Assembly: GCA_965217185.1 (NCBI GenBank)
Contig: OZ244252.1
Location: 768,001-832,000 of the forward strand
Direction of reading: 5' to 3'
Origin: an uncultured Candidatus Entotheonella sp.
GTDB taxonomy: Bacteria; Tectomicrobia; Entotheonellia; Entotheonellales; Entotheonellaceae
DNA length: 64,000 bases
Position 1 is the first letter of the stretch. Every line of letters starts with the position of its first letter. This document shows, piece after piece, positions 40,568-50,022 of this stretch. The notes beneath the pieces were generated by a model. That model saw only the letters and a list, made by a program, of their open reading frames with translations. It was not told where the DNA came from and ran no database searches. The translations under genes were made by a program, and so were the position numbers.

Positions 40568-41413
40568 TCAGCTTTTCCGTGCCACGGCCTCACCCCACGC
40601 CTCGGCGGCAAACGCATGGGGATGTTTGCCCCACGCGATGAAACCCTCGCTCATCCGCGCGAGCGTGACGTTGTCGGCGATTCCCGCTTCGATCAACTGT
40701 GAGGCGAACGCTGATTCGCCGACCAACTCGGCGAGAAAGCCAGCATGCCTCTGCGTCTCCTCAGGCGTGCTTGTCCAGCAATCGTAGGACGCAGACACGG
40801 CAAGTTGGTCGAAGCCCGTCTCCCGCAGCCAGCGGAGCTGGTGCCTCCCCGCCGTAGGATCTCCGCCGTTGTGAACCATCAGCCGCTCGAAGAGCGGTAC
40901 AAATCGGTCCAGGGGCGGCTCGGCGGGTTCGAGGAGGAAGCCGCCGAAGTCGGCATGGCGCGTGCCTACAACGCCGCCGGGCTTGAGCACCCGGCGAACC
41001 TCTCCGAGGGCTGCCACCGGTTCCTGCATGTGTTCCAACACGCCGTGCAGAAAGACGGCATCGAACGTGCTGTCGGAAAAGGGCAGGGCGTAGAGATCCG
41101 CAACAGTAAAACGGGCGTTCGATTTCTCCCGGTCTGCGGCCTGCGCCCAGGCAAATCGGAGTTGGCTTGGCTCAACGTCGACACCGACCACTGCTGCCGG
41201 TGCCACGAGAGAGGCGAAGTCAAGCGTGATGGTGCCCGGACCACAGCCACAGTCCAACAAGGTCATGCCAGGCTGCACGTAGGGGAGGAAAAAGGCGGCA
41301 TGAGTGGCAGCACGGCGATGATGGAAGAAGTCGGTGGTGGCAGTATCGTAGCCGACTGAGTACATATCCTGTTGACTCCCGGACTCACGTAGATGCGCGC
41401 CCGTGACTTTCAT
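40568..41413 (-). CDS. class I SAM-dependent methyltransferase
   Basis: LDCGCGPG, LPFSDSTFD, RVLKPGG; start uncertain (41413 or 41365). Confidence 0.85.
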   Translation of the reverse strand: MKVTGAHLRESGSQQDMYSVGYDTATTDFFHHRRAATHAAFFLPYVQPGMTLLDCGCGPGTITLDFASLVAPAAVVGVDVEPSQLRFAWAQAADREKSNARFTVADLYALPFSDSTFDAVFLHGVLEHMQEPVAALGEVRRVLKPGGVVGTRHADFGGFLLEPAEPPLDRFVPLFERLMVHNGGDPTAGRHQLRWLRETGFDQLAVSASYDCWTSTPEETQRHAGFLAELVGESAFASQLIEAGIADNVTLARMSEGFIAWGKHPHAFAAEAWGEAVARKS

Positions 41414-41450
41414 CTTCACTGCCTTATACTTGGCCATGCTGCACAACGTC

Positions 41451-41469
41451 TGTACAGCCTTACTGTACA
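41451..41469 (+). promoter_or_regulatory. putative YefM operator (two TGTACA palindromes)
   Basis: TGTACA at 41451 and 41464, just before the yefM RBS. Confidence 0.65.
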
Positions 41470-41490
41470 TGATTCCCCAGGAGACTCAAC

Positions 41491-41778
41491 GTGCCAATCC
41501 AAACGACCTATACCCGTGCCCGCGCGAACCTAGCCGCGCTCTGCGACGAAGTCACAGCCAACCGCGAGGTTGTGATCATCCAGCGCCGCGGCGCCGAAGA
41601 TGTCGCCCTGGTTGCTGCCGAGGAGCTTGATGGACTTCTGGAAACAGCGCACCTCTTGCGGTCCCCGGTAAATGCCGAACGGCTTCTGACGGCACTGGCT
41701 CGCGCTCAACGCCGCACACTTTCCCCGCAGTCTCTTGACGCATTGCGCAGGAGCACGGGTCTTGACGAATCCGCGTAA
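41491..41778 (+). CDS. yefM: Phd/YefM antitoxin
   Basis: YTRARANLA..ETAHLLRSP.NAERL. Confidence 0.9.
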   Translation: MPIQTTYTRARANLAALCDEVTANREVVIIQRRGAEDVALVAAEELDGLLETAHLLRSPVNAERLLTALARAQRRTLSPQSLDALRRSTGLDESA

Positions 41779-42055
41779 GAATCCCGAACCCGGGCCGCGC
41801 AATGCGGTCTTCCACCCGGAGTTCCGCGATGATCTGCGTTACTGGGTCGAAACCGAGCGTCGAACGGCTCTGCGTTTGCTGAGTCTGGTGGAAGCGGTTC
41901 TGCGCGACCCATTCCGGGGTCTGGGCAAACCCGAACCGCTGAAGTATCTCGGTGCCGGCGTGTGGTCGCGTCGACTGACCCAAGAGCACCGTCTGGTCTA
42001 TCTGGTGAGTGCTGACCGCGTGGACTTTCTTCAAGCCCGTTATCACTATTTCTGA
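41762..42055 (+). CDS. yoeB: Txe/YoeB toxin
   Basis: GLGKPEPLK..WSRRLTQEHRLVY..ARYHY; TTG start overlapping the antitoxin. Confidence 0.92.
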   Translation: MTNPRKNPEPGPRNAVFHPEFRDDLRYWVETERRTALRLLSLVEAVLRDPFRGLGKPEPLKYLGAGVWSRRLTQEHRLVYLVSADRVDFLQARYHYF

Positions 42056-42069
42056 TTCCCCGTAAGCGT

Positions 42070-43440
42070 TTAGCGGCCATTCCCCACGCGCTCCACGTTT
42101 TTGCTCCCAAGAATCATGGCTTCAACGTCCTGGCGGGTTCGGGCGAGGCGTGACTTAGCGGCGTCGAGGTCGGTCAGCGCCTTTTCTCTGGCTTGCGCGT
42201 ATGCCTGCTGCTCGGATACGGGGAGGTAGGGAACTCGAAGCTGGCATAAGTTCTCGGTGTACATGCGCTGCTTGACGGCCCCGACACGGTTGAACTGAAC
42301 GAGGTCGATGAAGAAGGGTGTCTGAATGAGGACGGCGACAAAATCCGGTAACATCGGGTCGCGGGCATTTTCCCTCATGCGCCAGACTTGATACTCGGGG
42401 CTGGTAATGGCGTCTTCGGGGACATCCGGGACAATCCCCAACGAGCCGACGTTACAGCGCGTCGGGTTGTGGAAGAACCAGTCTTTGCGGATGCGTTTGT
42501 AGGCGGCATTGAACGTTTCGCCTTTCTGATAGCTGTTGAGGAAAACGCCCTCCTTGTTGTTCACGCCGTAGACAGGCCACGCCTTTTCCGGCATGTCGAA
42601 TGGCCGGACGAGTTCGGTGACCTCCTCGATAAAATCCCCCATCGGTCGCAAGGATGGACACGCCAGACGAAAGGCGGCGGCGCGGCCCGATTTTGCGTCC
42701 CATGCGTCCAGGTCTTTGAAGTCGAGGGCGAAAAAGCGGGTGTGAATTACGTCCTGGGAAGCTGTATTTCGGTACACCTGCACGAGGTGATCGCTTAAGT
42801 CAGCAATAGGCTTCTTGAGGGATTCTTGTGCTGTCTCAACTGCAGTATGAGCCTCGCGCCAATAAGCAACGATAGCCTCTTGTTCCTGAAGCGGGGGGAG
42901 TGGAATACGAAAAAGAAGTATCTCTTTCTCTTTGAGTCGATTACGGCTAACTGCCGCCGACCCCGTAGAGGCCGAACTCACCGCCCGGAGAACGCGTTTT
43001 GTCAGAAAGTAGAGATAAAGGAATTCCGGCAAAATTTTGTCTGATCGGACCCGGAACTGTGGGAATTCATTGGAAACGAAATGGTCCGCGAAAGAAGTGG
43101 GAACAACAGCAAAAGACGCTTTCCATGCGAACAACCTATTGTAAATGAAGGCTCTTGGTACAGCGGGCGTGAGATAAGTTGAACTGAGAGATGCGCCTTC
43201 CACCGTCTCCCGGTGAAAGACGCCATTACCATACCACTTGACTCCCATAAGATTGTACTGCCTTTCCAGATCAACACGGCGCCGTTCTGTAATAGGTGCT
43301 ACGACCTCGCCAACCGCGGCTTCTTTCCATGTTGACGGAAGATGTGGGAACGAAAGGAGTCGTTCTGGATTGATCCATCGTTCAAGTTCCTCCCACCAAG
43401 CGACAGCAGCGTGTGGGTTATTTTTATATGTCGCAATCAT
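42070..43440 (-). CDS. hsdS: restriction-modification specificity (S) subunit with two TRDs
   Basis: IPLPPLQEQ and VPYLPVSEQ conserved repeats flanking two variable regions; start is 43440 or 43449. Confidence 0.85.
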   Translation of the reverse strand: MIATYKNNPHAAVAWWEELERWINPERLLSFPHLPSTWKEAAVGEVVAPITERRRVDLERQYNLMGVKWYGNGVFHRETVEGASLSSTYLTPAVPRAFIYNRLFAWKASFAVVPTSFADHFVSNEFPQFRVRSDKILPEFLYLYFLTKRVLRAVSSASTGSAAVSRNRLKEKEILLFRIPLPPLQEQEAIVAYWREAHTAVETAQESLKKPIADLSDHLVQVYRNTASQDVIHTRFFALDFKDLDAWDAKSGRAAAFRLACPSLRPMGDFIEEVTELVRPFDMPEKAWPVYGVNNKEGVFLNSYQKGETFNAAYKRIRKDWFFHNPTRCNVGSLGIVPDVPEDAITSPEYQVWRMRENARDPMLPDFVAVLIQTPFFIDLVQFNRVGAVKQRMYTENLCQLRVPYLPVSEQQAYAQAREKALTDLDAAKSRLARTRQDVEAMILGSKNVERVGNGR

Positions 43441-43445
43441 TAGGT

Positions 43446-45701
43446 TCACACCAAATTGTTGGACAACTTCATGGTGTTCAAGAACTCCCGATAGACTTCG
43501 AGTGCGGTATTCTTGATGCCTTCCGGCTTGCACTCGCCGAGCACAGGCTCATTTGGCACGCGGTCGGTTTCGCCGGTGGCGGTGATGCCGACGTGCTCTG
43601 CTTCATAGAGAAAGACGGGGTAGGGGAAACGCGATTTGAGCAGGGCGCGTGCCTCAGCTTTGATTTTCGCTTCCATGTCGCGTTGGTACTGCTTCAGTTC
43701 GGCTTGCAATGCCTTACGGCTGTCAACAGCCCTGGCTTCCTTGGCTTGGGTAATCGCCGCTTCAAGTGCCCCAATGCGTTCAGCCATCTCGAGGGCGTAC
43801 TTGTCGCGGGTTTCCTGTTCGGCGGTCACCTTCTTGGCGTTGAAGCCGGCCTGTTCTTCATCGGTGAATTTCTGCATGAACAGCAGCGACGCCTTTACGG
43901 AGGCGCCGGACGACACAAAGGTCTCCGGCGGCAGGGAGACAACGGCCCGGATGAAGGCGCGGTCTTCGCAGAACTCGCGGACGTAGGCCAGCGAGGGGTT
44001 GTTGAAGACGCCTTCGGGAAGCACGATGCCGAGACGGCCGCCGGGCTTCAACAAGTCAAGACACCGTTCGATGAAGAGAAGCTCGGTCTTGATCTTGCCG
44101 ACTTGCCGATTCCCCTTTGCGGTCGGCAGGGCAAACAGGCTGGCGATGGGTTTCCCCTTAGTGGCGCGCACTCGATTCAGCGCGTCGCGGTAGGGGTCGC
44201 CGTAGCGGTCGGCATACTGACGTTCGAGTTCGCCAGGAATTGTGACCTGCTCTTCGAGAACTGTGTCCGAAGGCTCGACGCTGGCGCCAAAAGGCGGGTT
44301 GGTCAGGATGATGTCGAAGCGGCCGTCGAAGATGCCATTGACGTTTAGAAAGCCGTCGTGGTGATGCACCCCGCCGTGACCGTCACCGTGCATGATCATG
44401 TTCATTTTGCTGGTGCGGGCCATGCGGTCGTTGGCGTCCGTGCCGTAGATGCAGCGGTTGGCCAGGTTCCACATTCGCGAGCCGTGAACGTCCTGGTCAA
44501 GCGTCTTTTGCAATTCCTTGTATTTGCTGCGGAGTGCCGCGGCCTTGTCCTCCGCGGGCAGGTGCGTGGCGCCGTCGATCTCCCGGCGGAAGGCTTGATA
44601 GCACCGGTCCACGTCGGCAAGAATCTGCTCCCGCACGATCTCGAAGCAGCGTATCAGGAAGCCGCCGGAGCCGCTCGCCGGGTCGCAGATGCCGTCTCCC
44701 TCCTGCGGGTCCACCATGCGCACCATGAACTCGACGATGGGGCGTGGCGTGAAGAACTGGCCGATTTCACCTCGGAAGGTCTTGCCAAGAAAGCGCTCGA
44801 AGGCAATGCCCTTGATGTCTTCACTGGTGTCGGACAGGTTGTAGCGTTCGAGAAGCCGGACGATTTCGAGGCCGGTGGCAGACTTCAGATTCAGGTTTTC
44901 GTCTTCCGCAAAGATGCGATCCGCTTGGTAGTGCGTTTTCGTTTGCCGAAACAGGTCTTCAAGAGGATTGTCGGCAATTTGCTCTTCAAGGAACGAGACG
45001 GTGAACAGGTTCTCGCGCTGCTGCCGGCGCTTCAGCTCGCGTTCGACGTAAACCTTGGTGAACAGAATTTTGGCGATTTCGTCGAAAGCTGCTACCGGAT
45101 CCATCTTCTCGCGGTTCCTGATGACGTTGTGGCATTGGTGGAGCAGGGCGGCGAACTCGTCTTCCTTGAAGGTTTTCAGGCGGGTGAGGAGGGCATCAAT
45201 TTGCTTGTCAGTGGCGTCCGCGTGCGGGATGTCTTCGATCTCTTCCAGGTAGCCGGGCATGCGGTCTTTGCGGACCCGCCAGAATCTGGTTTTCGTGTTG
45301 TTGTGGGTGACGAAGAAAGGCGCGTTCGTCAAGCGGGCATAGTTGTCGCCCTGGGCGTAGTCTTTAGACCGAATCGTTACATTGTCAGACTTGCATTCGA
45401 CAATGACCAGCGGGGGCTTTTGGTCGGCCTTGTCGAGGGCCGAGCGCCATACGACGAAGTCGGCCTGGGCGCCCCCGGTGCCGCGCCCCGTCAATTCCAT
45501 TTCCTCGGCTATCTGTTCCAGGTTGTAGCCGTATTCGTGCAGCAGGATAAGCAGATATTCCTGGCGGACGTATTCTTCCGGCGTTTCGACAAGCCATTTG
45601 CGGCGGATGCGGCTCCATATCTTGCCGTCTTTGCGTTGCAGGCTCGCGCCGCTCTTGGCGACATACTCGGGTTTGGGTTCCTGGACTTGGGTTTGTTTCA
45701 T
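43446..45701 (-). CDS. fused REase (HsdR_N-like) and N6-adenine methyltransferase (type IIG/IIB-like)
   Basis: PEE.VRQ..ADFVV..VECK N-terminus; GQFFTPR, DPASGSGGF, NPPFG. Confidence 0.9.
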   Translation of the reverse strand: MKQTQVQEPKPEYVAKSGASLQRKDGKIWSRIRRKWLVETPEEYVRQEYLLILLHEYGYNLEQIAEEMELTGRGTGGAQADFVVWRSALDKADQKPPLVIVECKSDNVTIRSKDYAQGDNYARLTNAPFFVTHNNTKTRFWRVRKDRMPGYLEEIEDIPHADATDKQIDALLTRLKTFKEDEFAALLHQCHNVIRNREKMDPVAAFDEIAKILFTKVYVERELKRRQQRENLFTVSFLEEQIADNPLEDLFRQTKTHYQADRIFAEDENLNLKSATGLEIVRLLERYNLSDTSEDIKGIAFERFLGKTFRGEIGQFFTPRPIVEFMVRMVDPQEGDGICDPASGSGGFLIRCFEIVREQILADVDRCYQAFRREIDGATHLPAEDKAAALRSKYKELQKTLDQDVHGSRMWNLANRCIYGTDANDRMARTSKMNMIMHGDGHGGVHHHDGFLNVNGIFDGRFDIILTNPPFGASVEPSDTVLEEQVTIPGELERQYADRYGDPYRDALNRVRATKGKPIASLFALPTAKGNRQVGKIKTELLFIERCLDLLKPGGRLGIVLPEGVFNNPSLAYVREFCEDRAFIRAVVSLPPETFVSSGASVKASLLFMQKFTDEEQAGFNAKKVTAEQETRDKYALEMAERIGALEAAITQAKEARAVDSRKALQAELKQYQRDMEAKIKAEARALLKSRFPYPVFLYEAEHVGITATGETDRVPNEPVLGECKPEGIKNTALEVYREFLNTMKLSNNLV

Positions 45702-45750
45702 GCCCCCGGTTCGTTCCTTCCTTCGTCATTCCCGCCAGTCTGACGGCCCT

Positions 45751-46035
45751 CTACTCACGGGCAGTCGAATCAAACACGGCGCACAGAATATAGAGGCCCG
45801 TTTGCTCAAAGATTGCCGCCGCGTGTTCTGCAATGGCGAGTTCAATACGCTCCTCTTCCGCCTCGGAGAGGGATGGAGGGGGGAAAACGTCAAGATGACC
45901 ATCTTCATCTTCACAGGGCACCGTGCTGGTTTCGACTTCTGCTTCAGGACAGAGCTCCTTCGCATAAAGCGCCAGTTCGGTGAGTTTTCTATCCAGTAAG
46001 AGGCGATATTCAGTTTGGGGTGTCGGAAGTTTCAT
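45751..46035 (-). CDS. small acidic protein, degenerate MNT-like antitoxin candidate
   Basis: GAGGAGG RBS; ATGA-coupled to the HEPN pseudogene; EDEDGHLDV and IFEQTGLYI segments. Confidence 0.6.
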   Translation of the reverse strand: MKLPTPQTEYRLLLDRKLTELALYAKELCPEAEVETSTVPCEDEDGHLDVFPPPSLSEAEEERIELAIAEHAAAIFEQTGLYILCAVFDSTARE

Positions 46036-46400
46036 CGTTGTAGGGCCTCCTCGACGGCAGCCACAAATCTCGTTGCCCTCCGCAGCATACGCTGAGCCAT
46101 TTTCTGGCTTATGCCGGGAGCCCCGTAGTCGGCTCCCCGTGGCGTACCCGCAGGCCTGTGGATAGGTAATCGCGCAAGGCAGAGGCATACATTTTGCGGC
46201 GAGAGATGAGTTCTGTAGTGAATGTTGCTTGGAGAACCGCACGCCCCCAGGTCTCACGTGTAAAACCAGTAGCTTCAAGGGCAACTTTGAGCGGCCTGAA
46301 ACATCGCATAGTAGGCACGACTGGCTGCAGAATTCACGTACCCCGCTTGTAGGCACAGATTTGCGGCCTGTAGCGATTCTTGAGCGCGTCCCAGGTTCAT
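46032..46400 (-). pseudogene. HEPN-domain gene with two frameshifts
   Basis: MNLGRAQESL..NSAASRAYYAMFQAAQ / VALEATG..ELISRRK..LRVRH / GADY..AQRMLRRATRFVAAVEEALQR*; shifts near 46286 and 46136. Confidence 0.82.
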
Positions 46401-46416
46401 GCGACGTCTCGTTTTA

Positions 46417-47463
46417 TCAGCCGCAAGCTAAAGCGTAGATCTGCGTCGCGCCTTGCGGCAGCGGGTGGGGTTCCCACATCTCGCCGCCATCGGTGCTGCC
46501 GAACACCTCGCCGCCGTTGGTGGCGCAGTACATCCGGCTGGGCTGGCGTTCGACGAACGCCAGCTTGAACATCGTATGGCTCGGCTGCAGGCCCATGTCC
46601 ACCCGCTTCCAGGACGTGCCGCCGTTGGTGCTGCGGAACAGGACGCCGACGTCGCTGCGGAAATCCGCCCCGGCCGCTACCCAGATCGTCTTGGGGTCGC
46701 CCGGCACTTCCCGGATGTCGCGGCAGTAGATTTGCCCCTTGGCGTTGAGGGGTTCGAGTTGCACGTGCTGCCAGTGGTCGCCGTGGTCCGGGCTGTGGAA
46801 CATGCCGGCGCGGGTGATGCTATAGACGACTCCAGGGCGCAAACGGCTGACCAGGACTCCGTGGGTGTCCACCGAGTCGTCATTCAGGTATTGACCGTGG
46901 CTGAGGTTTTCCCAGTGCTCACCGCCGTCCGTGCTGCGAATCATGCCGCCGACTTCGATGGCGCCGTATAACACGTCAGGGTCGACCACGCTGCCGCCGA
47001 TCATCAAGACCCGCTTCGCCGGGTTGGCGCCCGGTGCCATGGTGATTTCCGGGAAGCGGACGCTGACGGGCACCGGTTGCCAGGTGTCGCCGCCGTTCTC
47101 GCTGCGGTAAATCTCGCAGTTCTCGTATCCGGCGTACATCAGATCGGCGTCGTGCGGATGAAAAATCAGCGACCAGACGGGCAGGCCGTGATCCAGCACG
47201 TTGACTTTCTCCCAGTGGTCGCCGTGGTCCGTACTGCGGTAGGGGCCTTCCTGGGTGCCCACGTACACGATTTCAGGCTGCTGCGGGTGAACGGCGATAG
47301 CCCGAATCGCCGGCGCCTCGGGCAGGCCGTGACTCAGGGTTTCCCACTCACCATCGCCCGCGGCTTTGCGATACAGGCCGGATTGAACAACCCGGCCCGG
47401 CGTGGTTTCACCGGCCAAGCCGGCATATACAAAGGACCTCTGGTCTGATATTTGGGTTGGCAT
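46417..47463 (-). CDS. BNR/Asp-box (YCF48-like) beta-propeller protein
   Basis: repeated S-x-D/N-G-G-x-x-W motifs. Confidence 0.85.
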   Translation of the reverse strand: MPTQISDQRSFVYAGLAGETTPGRVVQSGLYRKAAGDGEWETLSHGLPEAPAIRAIAVHPQQPEIVYVGTQEGPYRSTDHGDHWEKVNVLDHGLPVWSLIFHPHDADLMYAGYENCEIYRSENGGDTWQPVPVSVRFPEITMAPGANPAKRVLMIGGSVVDPDVLYGAIEVGGMIRSTDGGEHWENLSHGQYLNDDSVDTHGVLVSRLRPGVVYSITRAGMFHSPDHGDHWQHVQLEPLNAKGQIYCRDIREVPGDPKTIWVAAGADFRSDVGVLFRSTNGGTSWKRVDMGLQPSHTMFKLAFVERQPSRMYCATNGGEVFGSTDGGEMWEPHPLPQGATQIYALACG

Positions 47464-47588
47464 GGGATGGGTCTCCTTCCTTACGGTTTGCAGGGCGATT
47501 ATCAAAGGTCTCGATCATCCTCCGGCTGCCAATCTTGGCCGGTTTACAGGGCACCGTCAACGATTTCAGGCGCTTGTCCGCCGCAGTC

Positions 47589-48983
47589 TCACCCGAGAGC
47601 AGGGTGTCTGGATATCCACTCCGTCGCGCGTTCGTAAGCGCGGGCGACACGGTACACGGTCGTTTCATCGCCGGGTTTGCCGATAATCTGCATGGAGAGC
47701 GGCAAGCCCGTTGAGGCGAAGCCAGTGGGAACGGCGAGGGCCGGGGACCCGGTGACATTGAAGGGTGCTCGCGCTTGCCGTCCGTATTGTTTTTCGCACA
47801 ACTCGGCATCTTCAATCGGACAGGCCGGTTCCATGCTTGAGGCGGTAATGGCCACGTCGACGGATGCCATACAGGCATTGAACTGATGCCTCAGCGCCTC
47901 CCGTTGGCGCAGGGCGTGCACGTAATCAACGGCACGAAAAAAGGCGCCTGGCAGCAGTCGCTCGCGAGTCAGGTCGCCATAATCCGCCGGCCGTTCCTGC
48001 AGCCATTTTTCGTGAATCGCATAGGCTTCCGATAACAGGATCACCCGGTTTGCCGACGTATAATCGACGAGTGGACCTGGATCGATCTCTTGTATCTCCG
48101 CCCCCTGTCCGGCCAGAATCCGCACGGCGTCCTCGATGCTCTGGGCCATCTCCGCATCGGCTTCAAAATCGGTGTTGTAGAAGCGTCGGATGACCCCGAC
48201 CTTGAGGCCGTTGACGCCTTTATCCAAGTCGGCGGTGAAATCCGGCACCGCGTCGCGGCTGCTGCCCGGGTCCTGAGGGTCATGCCCGGCAATGACGCCC
48301 AGTAGCAGTGCGTTGTCCGTGACAGTCCGGGTCATTGGACCAATATGATCCAGGGAATACGACAAGGGAAGAACGCCACGGCGGCTGACGCGCCCATAGG
48401 TTGCTTTCATCCCGACAATGCCGCACATGGAGGCTGGGTTGCGCACCGAGCCGCCTGTGTCGGTCCCCAAGGCGGCAGGGACAAACCCGGCAGCCAGGGC
48501 CACGCCGGAGCCGCTCGATGATCCACCCGGGAAGTAGTCCCGATTCCACGCATTCCGTGCGGGCGGCCAGGGTAGATCAAAGGACGGTCCGCCAAGGGCA
48601 AACTCGTGCGTTGACAGCTTGCCCAGCAACACGGCCCCGGCGGCCCGCAACCGACTTGTGACAAAGGCATCTGTCCGCGCCAGATTGTCAGCCAGAATTT
48701 TGGAATGACCCGTCGTTGGTATCCCTTCGACATCGATGATGTCCTTCAGTCCGTATGGAATCCCATGCAGGGGGCCGCGCCAGTTGCCGGCCTGAATATC
48801 GGCCTCAGCCTGTCTGGCTTGTTGCAGGGCTATTTCTGGTGTTTGACGCAAAAAGGCGTTGAACTTGGCGTCATGGGTGTCGATGTGGCGCAAGAGGGCC
48901 TGGGTGTAGTCAACGGGTGAGAGTTCCTTACTGCGGATGCGTGCCGAGGCTTGTGCCAAGGTGAGATAGGCGAGTTCAGTCAT
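47589..48983 (-). CDS. amidase signature family enzyme
   Basis: GLKD, GGSSSGS, GTDTGGSVRNPA (Ser-cisSer-Lys set). Confidence 0.92.
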   Translation of the reverse strand: MTELAYLTLAQASARIRSKELSPVDYTQALLRHIDTHDAKFNAFLRQTPEIALQQARQAEADIQAGNWRGPLHGIPYGLKDIIDVEGIPTTGHSKILADNLARTDAFVTSRLRAAGAVLLGKLSTHEFALGGPSFDLPWPPARNAWNRDYFPGGSSSGSGVALAAGFVPAALGTDTGGSVRNPASMCGIVGMKATYGRVSRRGVLPLSYSLDHIGPMTRTVTDNALLLGVIAGHDPQDPGSSRDAVPDFTADLDKGVNGLKVGVIRRFYNTDFEADAEMAQSIEDAVRILAGQGAEIQEIDPGPLVDYTSANRVILLSEAYAIHEKWLQERPADYGDLTRERLLPGAFFRAVDYVHALRQREALRHQFNACMASVDVAITASSMEPACPIEDAELCEKQYGRQARAPFNVTGSPALAVPTGFASTGLPLSMQIIGKPGDETTVYRVARAYERATEWISRHPALG

Positions 48984-49173
48984 GCTCACGCCTCCGCACC
49001 GCCCGGAATATGTGGGCCGGTTCATCGTACATGTGCAGATGGCGGGGAATACCACGTATCAGCTGCTCAGCCGACGCTTTGGCTTTGGCGAACTGCGCCC
49101 AATGCGTCTCCGAGAGTTGGGTGAGCCCGGCTCGTTGGGCCTCATGTTGGAGTGCATCGTGGTCTTCGGTCAT
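48976..49173 (-). CDS. small GatC/AtzG-like amidase partner
   Basis: 65 aa helical ORF ending EPAHIF, overlapping the amidase start; GAGGAG RBS. Confidence 0.6.
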   Translation of the reverse strand: MTEDHDALQHEAQRAGLTQLSETHWAQFAKAKASAEQLIRGIPRHLHMYDEPAHIFRAVRRREHD

Positions 49174-49358
49174 GCTGCAAACTCCTCTATCGACTGATTT
49201 CACACTTGTGTCGAAGACAGGTTTCAACGCCCGTTGCCATTTTGAAAAGGCCAGCAGACGCGATGGATCAGCCTTCCTGCCCACAATGGCGGAAAAAGGC
49301 CACGCGATACGCCTTGTGCAAGCCCACTTACTGCCAGCAGCAGATGCGTGACGGCTTT

Positions 49359-49787
49359 CTATTGGGCTTTGGCCTCGACGAGCTCGATGCTCACACCGTC
49401 AGGGCCAGCGAGGTAGGCGATGCGCGTACCCGGCGCGAATTCGTAGGGCTCCACGGCAAATTTGCCGCCTTTTTCCCGGATGGCGTTGCAGAACTCGGTC
49501 AGGTCCCCGGCGACCTTGAAGCCGAAGTGATCGGTGCCCCATTGGTCGTGGCTGACGAAATTCTCGAACGATTGCAGGGGCGGGCGTTTCGCCGGGTGCT
49601 CCCCGGGGCGCCGGCCGCGGACCAGAATGGTGGCGCCGTTGAACTGCACCGCGATCTGGGGCGCGCCGCGCACTTCGCTGTGGCGGGTGACGGTGCCGCC
49701 CAGCATGTCGGCGTACCACGCGGCGGCGGATTCCGGCTCCTCGCAGATGATGTGTAAGTGGTCGAAAAGAATCTCTGCGCCGCTCAT
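49359..49787 (-). CDS. VOC/glyoxalase family protein
   Basis: DHLHI, DHFGF, GPDGVSIELVE. Confidence 0.88.
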   Translation of the reverse strand: MSGAEILFDHLHIICEEPESAAAWYADMLGGTVTRHSEVRGAPQIAVQFNGATILVRGRRPGEHPAKRPPLQSFENFVSHDQWGTDHFGFKVAGDLTEFCNAIREKGGKFAVEPYEFAPGTRIAYLAGPDGVSIELVEAKAQ

Positions 49788-50022
49788 GATGGGTTCTCCT
49801 TCTTGGCATGTTGGGTTGGAAGAGGTTGGACGGGGGCAGATTCTATTCCCATTCCTCACCACAGGTCAAAAGGGAACGACGCTTACGACCGCCACTACTG
49901 GGGCTGTAGATGGACCGCCGCCGGTTTGTGACTTATAGTGATGCGCCACTCGTCAGCCGCCGCGGTGCGGACGCCGCGCCCTCACGGAAGCTTGCAACCC
50001 CCCACCATAAAAGGACACTGCC

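Noticed and set aside
45751..46356. 201 aa ORF from the track
   Set aside because: Its first 107 codons are an off-frame read of the HEPN pseudogene; the real gene starts at 46035
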